IMG/VR virus record: IMGVR_UViG_3300001605_000008
Coordinates: 32,001 to 96,000 of that record
Length of the DNA stretch: 64,000 nucleotides
Source: a virus
Reading direction: 5' to 3' (one strand)
The notes beneath the pieces are model-generated. The model was not told the origin of the DNA, did no database searches, and saw only the letters and a list, made by a program, of their open reading frames with translations. This document shows positions 50,120-58,902 of the stretch, piece after piece; the first letter of the stretch is position 1, and the number at the start of each line of letters is the position of its first letter. Both the position numbers and the translations under genes were made by a program.

Positions 50120-51874
50120 TCAAAGGAATCGTATGTCTAACACGTCTGTGGTTTCTGGAGCTTGAGCCAAGGTCAGTACATTGCCTGTTATGGTATAAGC
50201 TATGTTGGGTATCTGCACCACACCGTTGATGATCACCAGAGTAGCAGCCGCGGTGCTGGCGCGATCCAGGGCAAATATCGCAGTGCTGCCGTCACCTGTT
50301 ATCACTTGATTTGTGACATTGGCCGCTATGTCTTCCCATCCTGTGCCATCATAGATCTCTAATCGCACAGAATCAACGTTGAATCTCACGGTTCCGGTGG
50401 TGGCCGGGCTGGGCCTCTGACTGGTGTTGCCCACGGGCAGTACCAATCCAGTCACGGTGTCTATCACTGCCAGTCCCAATCCCGTGGGATCTAAAGTGAT
50501 ATTACCGTCGGTGAGAACCGTAGATATCGTGGTGTTGGCCACTGTTAAATTGCCCAGGCTTACGTTGCCTGCGCTGGAAAAATTAGCTGCTGTGATGTTA
50601 CCTGCGGCAGAGATATCTCCACCGGTATTGATGTTGCCACCTGTGATATTACCCGTTGCTGTAACTTGTCCTGCTGTGGTTAGATTACCACCTGTGACAT
50701 TGCCGGTTGCACTCACAAATAAATTTGCTGTTAGACTTTCTACCTGGAGATTTCCACCAGATATCAGATTGCCAAGATCAATATTACCCACAACAATATC
50801 GTTGAACACCCCAATATTGCCCTCAACATTGCCCAGTGTGACTAGATTGCCACCCGTGACGTTGCCTGTTGCTGTGACCGCACCGGCTGTGGTTAGGTTG
50901 CCACCTGTGACATTACCTGTAGCAGAAACCACACCTACTGTGTTGATGTTACCACCCGTGACATTGCCTGTGGCTGTGATCTGGCCTGCGGTGTTGATGT
51001 TACCACCCGTGACGTTGCCTGTGGCTGTAACAACACCTGTTGTGGTTACATTACCACCTATAACATTGCCTGTGGCTGATAACGTAACACCTTGTACTAG
51101 ATCTTGGGAAATCACATTTCCGCCCGTGACATTCCCTGTAGCAGAAATATCTCCACTGGTATTGATGTTACCACCTGTGACATTGCCGGTAGCTGTGACA
51201 ACTCCCCCAGTGGTTAGGTTACCACCTGTGACGTTGCCCGTGGCGGTGACTTGTCCTGCTGTGGTTAAGTTGCCACCTGTGACATTGCCGGTAGCCGAAA
51301 CTGTACCGTTGGTGCCGAGATTACCAACATTGGCTGTAAAAGTTATTGATGCTGTGTTGGAAAATATATTTCCGGTATTGAGATTTTCTGAATCAACGTT
51401 GCCCGTGGCCGACACATCGCCGCTGACTTCTAGATTTCCACCTGTGATGTTGCCCCCAGCCGACATTTCTCCGCTCGGTGAATAGATTTCCACCTATCAC
51501 ATTGCCCACAGCACTGACATATGTGTTGGCGGTAAGGCGTTTCTACCTGGAGATTACCCCCCACCAATGAGATTACCGATGTCAATGTTGCCCACCACAA
51601 TGTCTTCAAAATTACCAACATTTCCTGCGATATTGCCTAGAGCCGAAATATCTCCTGCGGTTTCAAGGTTACCTGCTTCTAGAGTGTTGGCTATGTTGCA
51701 ATTGCCGTTGACTGTGAGTGTGTGCGTGGCCACAGCGGTGTTGATAGCCACGTTGCCGTTGATGACATCAACAAAAAGCACATCGCTTGAGAGGGTGCTG
51801 CTTTGGAAAGATAGATTAGATCCCCGGACCAAGTTGCCCGAAAGTATGTTTCCACGTATGAAATTAATGGCCAT
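50120..51874 (-). CDS. Repeat fibre protein, interrupted by three single-base insertions at about 51490-51560
   Basis: ORFs 51554-51874 and 50120-51493 are in the same frame. Removing 3 extra bases restores GNLIGGGNLQVETLTANTYVSAVGNV, matching the internal copy GNLISGGNLQVESLTANLFVSATGNV. Confidence 0.75.
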
Positions 51875-51901
51875 TGATGTATCCCTTAGGGATATTTATG
51901 G

Positions 51902-52300
51902 CTAGGTAGTGCTGTGTATCACCGAGATGGGTTCGCCTGCAGGTGGTGGTGAGGTGAAAGTTATGGTGATGGTGCCGTTGACCGTGTAGGCAGTGCTGGG
52001 ATCCTGGTATATTGATCCCACAAAAACTATGATCTGCTGGGGATCTGACTCAATTTCGCTCATGTTGAAATCAGTGGTGCTGCCATCCCCGGTAAAGCTG
52101 TCCACGGTATAGGTCAAGCTGCCCCCGGCACTGACCGACTGGAACACAGTACCATTGAAAAATTCCAGCAAGCCGATATCTACGTTGTAGCGGAACTGAC
52201 CAAACACCGGAGCTTCGGGCCTCTGGGCACTGGAGCCAAAAGGCACACGTATAGCAGTGCTGCCAGTGGTGATCGCGGTGTTTTTGGCTAGTCTGGCCAT
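51902..52300 (-). CDS. Small fibre/baseplate-associated protein
   Basis: PFGSSAQRP...FRYN and FTGDGSTTDF motifs shared with the C-termini of neighbouring fibre proteins. Confidence 0.7.
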   Translation of the reverse strand: MARLAKNTAITTGSTAIRVPFGSSAQRPEAPVFGQFRYNVDIGLLEFFNGTVFQSVSAGGSLTYTVDSFTGDGSTTDFNMSEIESDPQQIIVFVGSIYQDPSTAYTVNGTITITFTSPPPAGEPISVIHSTT

Positions 52301-52307
52301 TGCAAGA

Positions 52308-52622
52308 TCAGATGCTGTAGGAGCTGACAGTCACAGTGACTGCGCTGGAGTTGCTGCAGGCCACTACCAAGACATCGGTGCTGTCCAAGATGATTTTTTC
52401 TGTGTCCAGAACCAAGGTATCGTTGGCACCTATCAGATAGCCGCTGTACAGCGCATTGCTGTTGCCAGCTGCTGTGGAGTTTCCGGCTATGGCATGCATG
52501 TCAACCGTGACATTGCCTGCTGTGTAGTTGCAGAGATACACCGTGGATATCACGGTCTGTGATCCAGCAGTGAAAACTGTTGTAGGGTTGGTTGAAGTTA
52601 ATTCTGTTGACGTTATCGCCAT
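52308..52622 (-). CDS. Small beta-rich virion protein
   Basis: 104-aa ORF in the fibre operon. Confidence 0.7.
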   Translation of the reverse strand: MAITSTELTSTNPTTVFTAGSQTVISTVYLCNYTAGNVTVDMHAIAGNSTAAGNSNALYSGYLIGANDTLVLDTEKIILDSTDVLVVACSNSSAVTVTVSSYSI

Positions 52623-52631
52623 ATCAAATCC

Positions 52632-53243
52632 TTAAAGTATGAGGCCAAAGACTATGGCTTTGGATTTATTCACCAGCTCACCATCCGTGGCCAAGGTTTT
52701 GGCATAGACTCCGGTACCGCCGCCACCTACGCTGTTGTGATACAAGGCCACTGAATTGGCCACTGCTGTGGCAGGACTGCCTATGTTGCCCAAAACTTGT
52801 GTGCCTGTGAGTGACAGCACTGCGTTGGCAGAATCAAACAAAAAGTTAGCATTACCGGTAAACACATTGCCACTGTTGAACTGTACTGAATTGCCTGGAG
52901 CACCCGGTGACACGATAGAAGCCGTGGTAGCGATGGCTGTATAAGAGGCTGTGTTGGCCGCACCATTAGCATAGACACTGGTGCTGATCTCCCACTCGTT
53001 TGTGACAGTGTTGAATCTCAGTCCAGCATAGCTGGTGTTGGCTATCTTGGTAGCCAGCAAACCCATGCTGGTCACAGTGCCGTTGTTGTTGGCAGCCACA
53101 GCGATAAAAGCATCATTGACCGCGATCTCGCTGACATAAGTGATATTGCCCGACACGTCCAAGCTGCCGTTGATGTATATCACGCCAAATCCGTCGTCTA
53201 CGGTAATATACCAGTCATCGTTGATGTTTTTGTAGGTGGCCAT
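52632..53243 (-). CDS. Fibre-associated protein
   Basis: NVTYVSE/VNDAFI-type segment similar to other fibres; late motif at 53261-53266. Confidence 0.7.
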   Translation of the reverse strand: MATYKNINDDWYITVDDGFGVIYINGSLDVSGNITYVSEIAVNDAFIAVAANNNGTVTSMGLLATKIANTSYAGLRFNTVTNEWEISTSVYANGAANTASYTAIATTASIVSPGAPGNSVQFNSGNVFTGNANFLFDSANAVLSLTGTQVLGNIGSPATAVANSVALYHNSVGGGGTGVYAKTLATDGELVNKSKAIVFGLIL

Positions 53244-53825
53244 CTATAGATCCTCACCTGTATTTAGCCGTAGCACAAAGTCTGCGATGGCCATCTGTGC
53301 GAGATTGCGTATGTTTGCAAATTCTGGTATTGGGGCCGTGGTATCTCCGTGGACCCTGATGAACTGACGATCCCCAAATGCCTGGCAGATCTGGCAGATC
53401 TGGCGTATCCAGTTACCGGTATAGGTGGGTTCGGCCACACTGGGCTTGTAGTGCGGGGTGTCAGCATAGATGTTGTTGAATCTATGGTTCACTGGCCCCA
53501 TGTCAAATCCCAGGAGATACATGCGCTGATTACCGTCTTGTGCGGCGATACTGAGAGCCACGGGACCCGAACTGAATCCACGATAGGTCTGATCGATCAT
53601 CTGGGCGCCAGATCCAGGCAAAGGACGTCGCGTGTAAAATCTATTGGTCAGCGCATAACCTGATTCCTGTATCTCTTCGGCGATCTTGGTGTCCGTAGCC
53701 ACCAACGCCAAGGGCTGATGCGTGCGATACAGGGCATTGCAACCGTACACAGCGCCGCGAGAGATCATGAGATCCACTGATATCTCTTGCCTGCTCACAC
53801 CATTGCCTAGAACAAATGCTGCCAT
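53244..53825 (-). CDS. CstII (GT42)/Maf-like glycosyltransferase-fold protein
   Basis: VLGNGVS, YGCNALY, LVATD, SSGPVALSIAAQDG, MYLLGFD follow the order GNGxS / CNxxY / SG / YLxGxD of CstII. Confidence 0.6.
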   Translation of the reverse strand: MAAFVLGNGVSRQEISVDLMISRGAVYGCNALYRTHQPLALVATDTKIAEEIQESGYALTNRFYTRRPLPGSGAQMIDQTYRGFSSGPVALSIAAQDGNQRMYLLGFDMGPVNHRFNNIYADTPHYKPSVAEPTYTGNWIRQICQICQAFGDRQFIRVHGDTTAPIPEFANIRNLAQMAIADFVLRLNTGEDL

Positions 53826-53858
53826 AAAAAAATCCTCTCAGTAGTTAGCCGAGAGGAT
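53826..53858 (-). terminator. Intrinsic terminator between 53881-54450 and the GT42-like gene
   Basis: ATCCTCTC/GAGAGGAT 8-bp stem followed by a T run abutting the next ATG. Confidence 0.7.
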
Positions 53859-53880
53859 CACAGAGGGAAACAATCTATGC

Positions 53881-54450
53881 TTAGGTGTTGTTTTCGATCA
53901 AGCCCAGGGTAACGATATTCTGTTGTCCCGCGGTGTTGGCCTGATTGCGTGTACCGGATTTCTGTGTAGTTGATCCACCATCAAAGAAGTTGGACACATA
54001 GCGTATGCGTTGTACCACGGCAGCGGCCGAGTAAGTAGAGCCACCGGTATAGTCCAGAGCATACTTGTTGGTGAGTTTGGAAACACGCTTGGGTGTTGAA
54101 TCACCTTCGTCCAGAGTGATGGTCATGGTGTTGGCAGTAAGCGCACCATCAGCTAGATCAGCCAGGGTGCAGATACCGGTGTTGGTGCCGTCTGTGACGA
54201 GATATTTGATTGAACCTTTCTGGCGGATGATAGATCCGTCAGCTTCGGCGTTGGCACCAATCTTCACACGGATCTTTACCGTGGGATAAGCAGCAGTGGC
54301 CAGGGTGCCGGCGCTGTCGTTGCCACCCACCACGCCAAAGAATTCTGACGCTGTCATGGTGTTGGGAAACACAGGTACTTCTACGGCATTGAACGAATTG
54401 AAACCAATATCCTTGGTCAGGGTTTTTTTGATTTTCAAGGGACGACCCAT
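53881..54450 (-). CDS. Putative virion structural protein (MGRPLKIKK)
   Basis: AGGAG RBS, own late motif at 54543-54548 and terminator; start moved to 54450. Confidence 0.75.
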   Translation of the reverse strand: MGRPLKIKKTLTKDIGFNSFNAVEVPVFPNTMTASEFFGVVGGNDSAGTLATAAYPTVKIRVKIGANAEADGSIIRQKGSIKYLVTDGTNTGICTLADLADGALTANTMTITLDEGDSTPKRVSKLTNKYALDYTGGSTYSAAAVVQRIRYVSNFFDGGSTTQKSGTRNQANTAGQQNIVTLGLIENNT

Positions 54451-54540
54451 TTTATTTCTCCTATAAAGAAGTCCGATGCAGGTTCTAGCTGCTACGCGGG
54501 GGGTTAGCACCGCATAAAACGCAGGATTGCGTTGTGTAAG
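54451..54540 (-). promoter_or_regulatory. Structured 5' leader, candidate cis-regulatory RNA
   Basis: Four consecutive hairpins between the late motif and ATG; the last pairs CUUCU with the AGGAG RBS. Confidence 0.5.
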
Positions 54541-54589
54541 AGTATTTAGCAAAATTTCGCAATGTAATATCTGCAGTTTAAATATGGCC

Positions 54590-55732
54590 ATGAACATACA
54601 AGAACTCATAGCCTTGGGCAATCAGTATCGCGAGCTCAGGAAACCCGAATCAGCCCTGGCCTGTTACATCCAGGCCATTGGTCAGGAACACCACAATCCA
54701 CATGCCTGGAACAACTACGGCAATGTGATACGTGAGATGGGCTACCCCGATCGTGCTGTGCCTTTCTTGCAACAAGCTGCATTGATAGATCCCACCAATG
54801 TCACTGCTAGATTTAATCTGGCCGTGAGCTATCTCCTGATGGGCGACTACGAACGCGGTTGGCCTGCCTATGAAGCACGCTGGCAGTACGAGCATCTCCA
54901 GGGATCGTTTCCTGTGTGGCCCCGACTCTGGCACGGGGAAGACATACAGGACAAAACCGTATTGGTATGGGGTGAACAGGGCCTGGGAGACAACATCCAG
55001 TTCCTGAGATTCTGCCTGGCGCTGCGAGCCCGGGGAGCTCGTGTGCGCATGCAGGTACCCGGACAGATCATGAGCTTGCTGGGCGGCGATGCCATAGAAC
55101 ACGTAAGCTGTCTAGGTGACGCCCCACCTGACTATGACTACTGGGTGCCTATCATGAGCATACCGCAACATCTAAACGTGACCTTGGCGAATCTGCCAGC
55201 ACCCTTGGGCTACATACAGCCCAGCAGAGATCTGCAGCAGATCTGGCAGGTTCGCCTGGGCCACAAACGCCGGGTGAGAGTGGGATTTTCCTGGAGTGGT
55301 CGTAGAGATTCTTGGATCAATCAGCACAAGTCTGTGCCGTTTGGGGAGATCGCTAGCTTGATACAGCGCTGTCCCCAGTATCAGTGGGTGAATCTACAGG
55401 TAGACTGCACCCCAGAAGAACAACAAAGATTAGCAGAGCTAGGCTGTGAAGCCTGGCCCGGTGCTATACAATGCATGGCCGACACCGCGGCCCTGATCTC
55501 TCTCATGGATGTGGTAGTATCAGTAGACACTGCTGTGAGCCATCTTTCAGGAGCCCTGGGGCAGGCCACATGGATCATGCTGAATCAATACGCCGTGGAC
55601 TGGCGATGGCTGCTGGATCGGGCTGATTCTCCTTGGTATCCCACGGCCCGACTGTTCCGGCAGCCCCAACAAGACGACTGGATCTCGGTCACACAAGAGA
55701 TTGAACGCAATTTAAAGCTGTTCAAGATCTAG
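54590..55732 (+). CDS. TPR-repeat plus GT-B (GT9-like) glycosyltransferase
   Basis: Three N-terminal TPRs (AWNNYGNV, ARFNLAVSYL), WGEQGLGDNIQF, VGFSWSG, DVVVSVDTAVSHLSGALG, WRW, WYPTARLFRQ. Confidence 0.85.
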   Translation: MNIQELIALGNQYRELRKPESALACYIQAIGQEHHNPHAWNNYGNVIREMGYPDRAVPFLQQAALIDPTNVTARFNLAVSYLLMGDYERGWPAYEARWQYEHLQGSFPVWPRLWHGEDIQDKTVLVWGEQGLGDNIQFLRFCLALRARGARVRMQVPGQIMSLLGGDAIEHVSCLGDAPPDYDYWVPIMSIPQHLNVTLANLPAPLGYIQPSRDLQQIWQVRLGHKRRVRVGFSWSGRRDSWINQHKSVPFGEIASLIQRCPQYQWVNLQVDCTPEEQQRLAELGCEAWPGAIQCMADTAALISLMDVVVSVDTAVSHLSGALGQATWIMLNQYAVDWRWLLDRADSPWYPTARLFRQPQQDDWISVTQEIERNLKLFKI

Positions 55733-56439
55733 TGTTGCGGAACTGTGCCACACGCTGCAGGAGATCCAGGGAGTCGTCGGGTATCTGCCACTGGCGCTGA
55801 TACCAATATACCCATGTCGGTGTCGCAACAGTGTTTGACTGGAACATGTAGTTGGAGTTGTCAGTGGTAGCGGTTTCGGTGAGTCTACGCAGAAAAACAC
55901 ATAGATCAGAAAAGGTATACCTCGGGCACCACCGTTCAACCGCAGATCCCTGGATCACATAAGTGGCCTGGGGTGATGTATAGTTTAGCAGCCAAGGATC
56001 CATGTCACGTGCGCCCAGATCTGTTTCAGTGCGTCCTGTGCGCTCTACACCAAAACTGTTGAAGCTGTTGGAGTTTTCCTGGCGAACCACCACCCAGGCA
56101 CCGGTGATAATGATCTGACAGGCGTCTGCGGGGGTACACAACATGAGTGCTGGGATCTGTGTATGCAGTGAGCTCAGATCCACCGGGTATTGACCAGGCC
56201 TGTGCTTGTAAACGTAGAGTGCCAGCTGATATGGGATGTCCCGGAGGCGGTGGTGCACCATAGGAGAACTGTCCAGGATAGGCCTGATTGGGCCAGCTCA
56301 GGCTCGCACCAAATGTTGCACCGTCGTTGTAGCCGGCTTGGCTAAACTGCCAGGCACCGGATTCCACCACCTCAAGACCAGTTGATGCTGTGAGTGCAGC
56401 AACACCAGAAAATTCCGGGGGAGTGATGAATTCAGGCAT
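55722..56439 (-). CDS. Hypothetical protein, probably one gene split by an extra C near 56130
   Basis: ORF 56026-56439 joins 55722-56261 as ...THVVYPADACQII... by removing one C from a C5 run; late motif 4 nt upstream. Confidence 0.5.
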
Positions 56440-56454
56440 GTTGTATTTAACTGA

Positions 56455-56835
56455 TCACTGGGGAGAAAATGTCATCTCAATGGTGCCACCTGACTCAAAT
56501 CCATTCCACGGCACTACAGTGGCACCGCCGTTGGTGACCTGGTGATATGCTGTGTTGTTCACAGTGGCGTCGAGGCGGATGCTTTGATCCGCAGCTGCCT
56601 GCCAGCCACGATCCATGTAAACACCGGCTTCAGGACCAAACGCCACGGATCCTTGCATGTACCAGACGTCGGGGGTTTGCCAGAATTTCAGGGCTAGAGT
56701 GTTGTTGACTTCCGCAGTGCTCCAGGTCCATGAGTCAGTGGGGGCGATGGTGGTGAGGTCACCTGAATTGTTGCGGGTCGCAGTGATGTTGTAGGCTGTG
56801 TGGTTGGTGATGGTGAGTTGGGCGCTCCAGGTCAT
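56455..56835 (-). CDS. Small Trp/Thr/Asn-rich beta protein
   Basis: 126-aa ORF with GAGG RBS and late motif at 56860-56865. Confidence 0.7.
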   Translation of the reverse strand: MTWSAQLTITNHTAYNITATRNNSGDLTTIAPTDSWTWSTAEVNNTLALKFWQTPDVWYMQGSVAFGPEAGVYMDRGWQAAADQSIRLDATVNNTAYHQVTNGGATVVPWNGFESGGTIEMTFSPQ

Positions 56836-57557
56836 GGTGATATCCTCGGGGTATAAGGGTATTTACCTGGGGCTTGTTGACAGTTTGGGCCGTGTCCATA
56901 CATTTTAAAATGACTTGCTCGCATCGTTTTACCGCATACTTCACAAGTCATCTCGACTTTATTACGCTGTTTGGTTTCACGTAAAATTGCTTTTTGTTCT
57001 TCGCTCATGGGCACACCTTTGTTAGCAGGTGTTTTTCCTTTGTTGGCTTTACCAATTTTTGCTGCACGTTCAGGAGTACAACCTTTACCATACATTGGAT
57101 TGTTTTTGCCAGATTTTAATTTAGACATTAAAGCTCGATATTCATCTGTTCTGGGAGGTTTTTTCTTTCCTATGTTTCCTTGGCGAATTTTTTCTTTGTG
57201 TTCTTCGCTTTTGGCTTTGCCTTTGTGAAATTCACTGATCTTCTTGCGGCTTTCTTCTGTGGGCACAATGTATCCTGCTACATTTTGATTGATCCACCGG
57301 TCATCGTGCAACACTTTACAGCGGCGTAGCACTCTAGTCTCCCAGGCCACTGCTTGCTCTTTGGTTTCAAACACACGGCGAATCTCAATATCAAAACTGT
57401 CTGCACCTGTTTCTTCAATCAACTGCTGTACCTTTGGGCTACTGGTGAAATAATGCTGCCAGAGGTCTTCCTTGGGATCTACTCGGTTAGCGGCACGCAT
57501 GCCATAATACACACGATTAGTTGGACGATGTTTGATTAGATAGGTATATGGTTTCAT
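56832..57557 (-). mobile_element. Free-standing GIY-YIG-like homing endonuclease with NUMOD3 repeats and Zn finger
   Basis: MKPYTYLI...VYYGMR...YFTSS, SEESRKKISE-type and NPMYGK repeats, CEVC...HGPNC; paralog of 12482-13243. Confidence 0.8.
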
Positions 57558-57614
57558 ACTCCTATTTATGCCTGTACCGCAATTTCGCCAACATAATAAA
57601 AATATTTTACCCAA

Positions 57615-57641
57615 CAAAAAACCCACCGAAGTGGGTTTTTT
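57615..57641 (-). terminator. Intrinsic terminator after major capsid gene with C(UUCG)G tetraloop
   Basis: Minus strand AAAAAACCCAC-TTCG-GTGGGTTTTTT. Confidence 0.9.
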
Positions 57642-57665
57642 GATTTTGTCGAACAACTTCTCGGT

Positions 57666-58883
57666 TTAGGAGAATGACAAGTTTTGCACAGCTATCTCGC
57701 CCACGTAGTCGCCAGCATTGCCAAACGAACTGGCAGTGTTGGTCAATTCTATGTAGCCATATCTCGTCATAAAAGACACGACTGGTTCGAATGTTGACGG
57801 ATCCAGCACAACACCAGAGCTCATGAGAGGGATATAAGGGCAATAGAACGCGGCAGCATCTGCCTCGCTAGAACCTTTGTATCCAACCAGGACTGGTGTT
57901 GAATCTGAAGCATACGAGTCAACAAACACACGCATAGCGCCGTTGAGTGTGCCAACAAACTTGGTGTTTGTGGGTGCTTCAAAGGTGCCTTCCGTGGTGC
58001 GAGCAAACGCGGAAGTTGTTGCACTCTGGAGCACAGTCAACGAAGCAGGCGAAACCACTGCCCAGTTACCAGCACCGCGACGTGTGCGCTGTGCGATCAG
58101 GTTGGCAACACGGTTGATGAGAACAGCAAGAGCAGCGTGCTCGTCACCAACGAATGTGGCTGTACCTGACACTGTGGCCTGGTTGTAAGTGAACTCTGTC
58201 TGTGCCAAGCTGCGCAGTGACAAGAGGATCTCTTGGTCGATCTCAGCAGTGATCTCTTGTGCGAGAGCTGCCATGATCTCAGCTTCGACGTCAATGCCAT
58301 GCATGGCTTGTGCGTCTTGGGCTGCTTCAAACGTCCAGCGAGCTTGCAGCTTACGTGTTTTGGCTTCCACTGCTTGCTTGAGGATCTGCACGGAGATCTG
58401 ACGTCCGCCATTGCCTTCAAGTGTTGCTGTGGGTGAACCAGCGTAGCCTTGGGCTGCTGTTTGTGTTGTTGCTGCGTTGTCAGCACCACGTGCGCCTGCG
58501 GAGTATGCTACAGCGATCTTGAACGGTGACAAGGCTTCTTCACCAGCCACAACCGAAGTTGCTGCTGCTGTTTGGTCTGTCATGGTAGATGCATAGCGAA
58601 CACGCAGAGTGTGGATCTGACCAACAGGACCGGTCATGGGCTGTACACCAACCAGCTCATTGGCGATAACTGTGGGCATAACACGTCGGATCACCGGCAG
58701 GATCACACGGTTAAGTGTGGCGATGTTGCCGGAGACTGTGGAACCTGGACTAGCGTTCTCTTTCAGGTACTTGCGGGTGTTCTCGAGGATCACACCCATG
58801 GTGTTGCGGCGTGAACCTTTGAGGCCTTCCATCAAGGCTTCTTTGGTTTCGTCCCAACGGCTTTCGAGTAGTTCTTGTGACAT
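57666..58883 (-). CDS. gp23: Major capsid protein
   Basis: VGVQPMTGPVGQIHTLR, AKTRKLQARWTFEAAQD, EIDQEI, FYCPYIPL, FMTRYG. Confidence 0.97.
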   Translation of the reverse strand: MSQELLESRWDETKEALMEGLKGSRRNTMGVILENTRKYLKENASPGSTVSGNIATLNRVILPVIRRVMPTVIANELVGVQPMTGPVGQIHTLRVRYASTMTDQTAAATSVVAGEEALSPFKIAVAYSAGARGADNAATTQTAAQGYAGSPTATLEGNGGRQISVQILKQAVEAKTRKLQARWTFEAAQDAQAMHGIDVEAEIMAALAQEITAEIDQEILLSLRSLAQTEFTYNQATVSGTATFVGDEHAALAVLINRVANLIAQRTRRGAGNWAVVSPASLTVLQSATTSAFARTTEGTFEAPTNTKFVGTLNGAMRVFVDSYASDSTPVLVGYKGSSEADAAAFYCPYIPLMSSGVVLDPSTFEPVVSFMTRYGYIELTNTASSFGNAGDYVGEIAVQNLSFS

Positions 58884-58902
58884 TTCTGTCTCCTTTGTTA
58901 TG

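Noticed and set aside
43048-51485. Long plus-strand ORFs (817, 542 and 353 aa) rich in Pro/Val/Thr/Ala
   Set aside because: Antisense shadows of the GNVTGGN repeats, whose reverse complement lacks stops; no RBS or promoter support.
41889-51874. CRISPR array or diversity-generating retroelement in the repeat region
   Set aside because: Repeats are in-frame coding units without unique spacers; no cas or reverse transcriptase gene; no adenine-specific TR/VR pair seen.
54451-54540. Known riboswitch or hammerhead/HDV ribozyme
   Set aside because: Conserved cores of these classes were not found by eye; kept only as an unclassified structured leader.
54451-54621. N-terminal extensions given in the ORF track (53881-54621, 54527-55732, 56832-57656, 34462-36078, 519-1352)
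   Set aside because: They run across promoters or terminators; downstream ATGs fit RBS or late-motif positions better.
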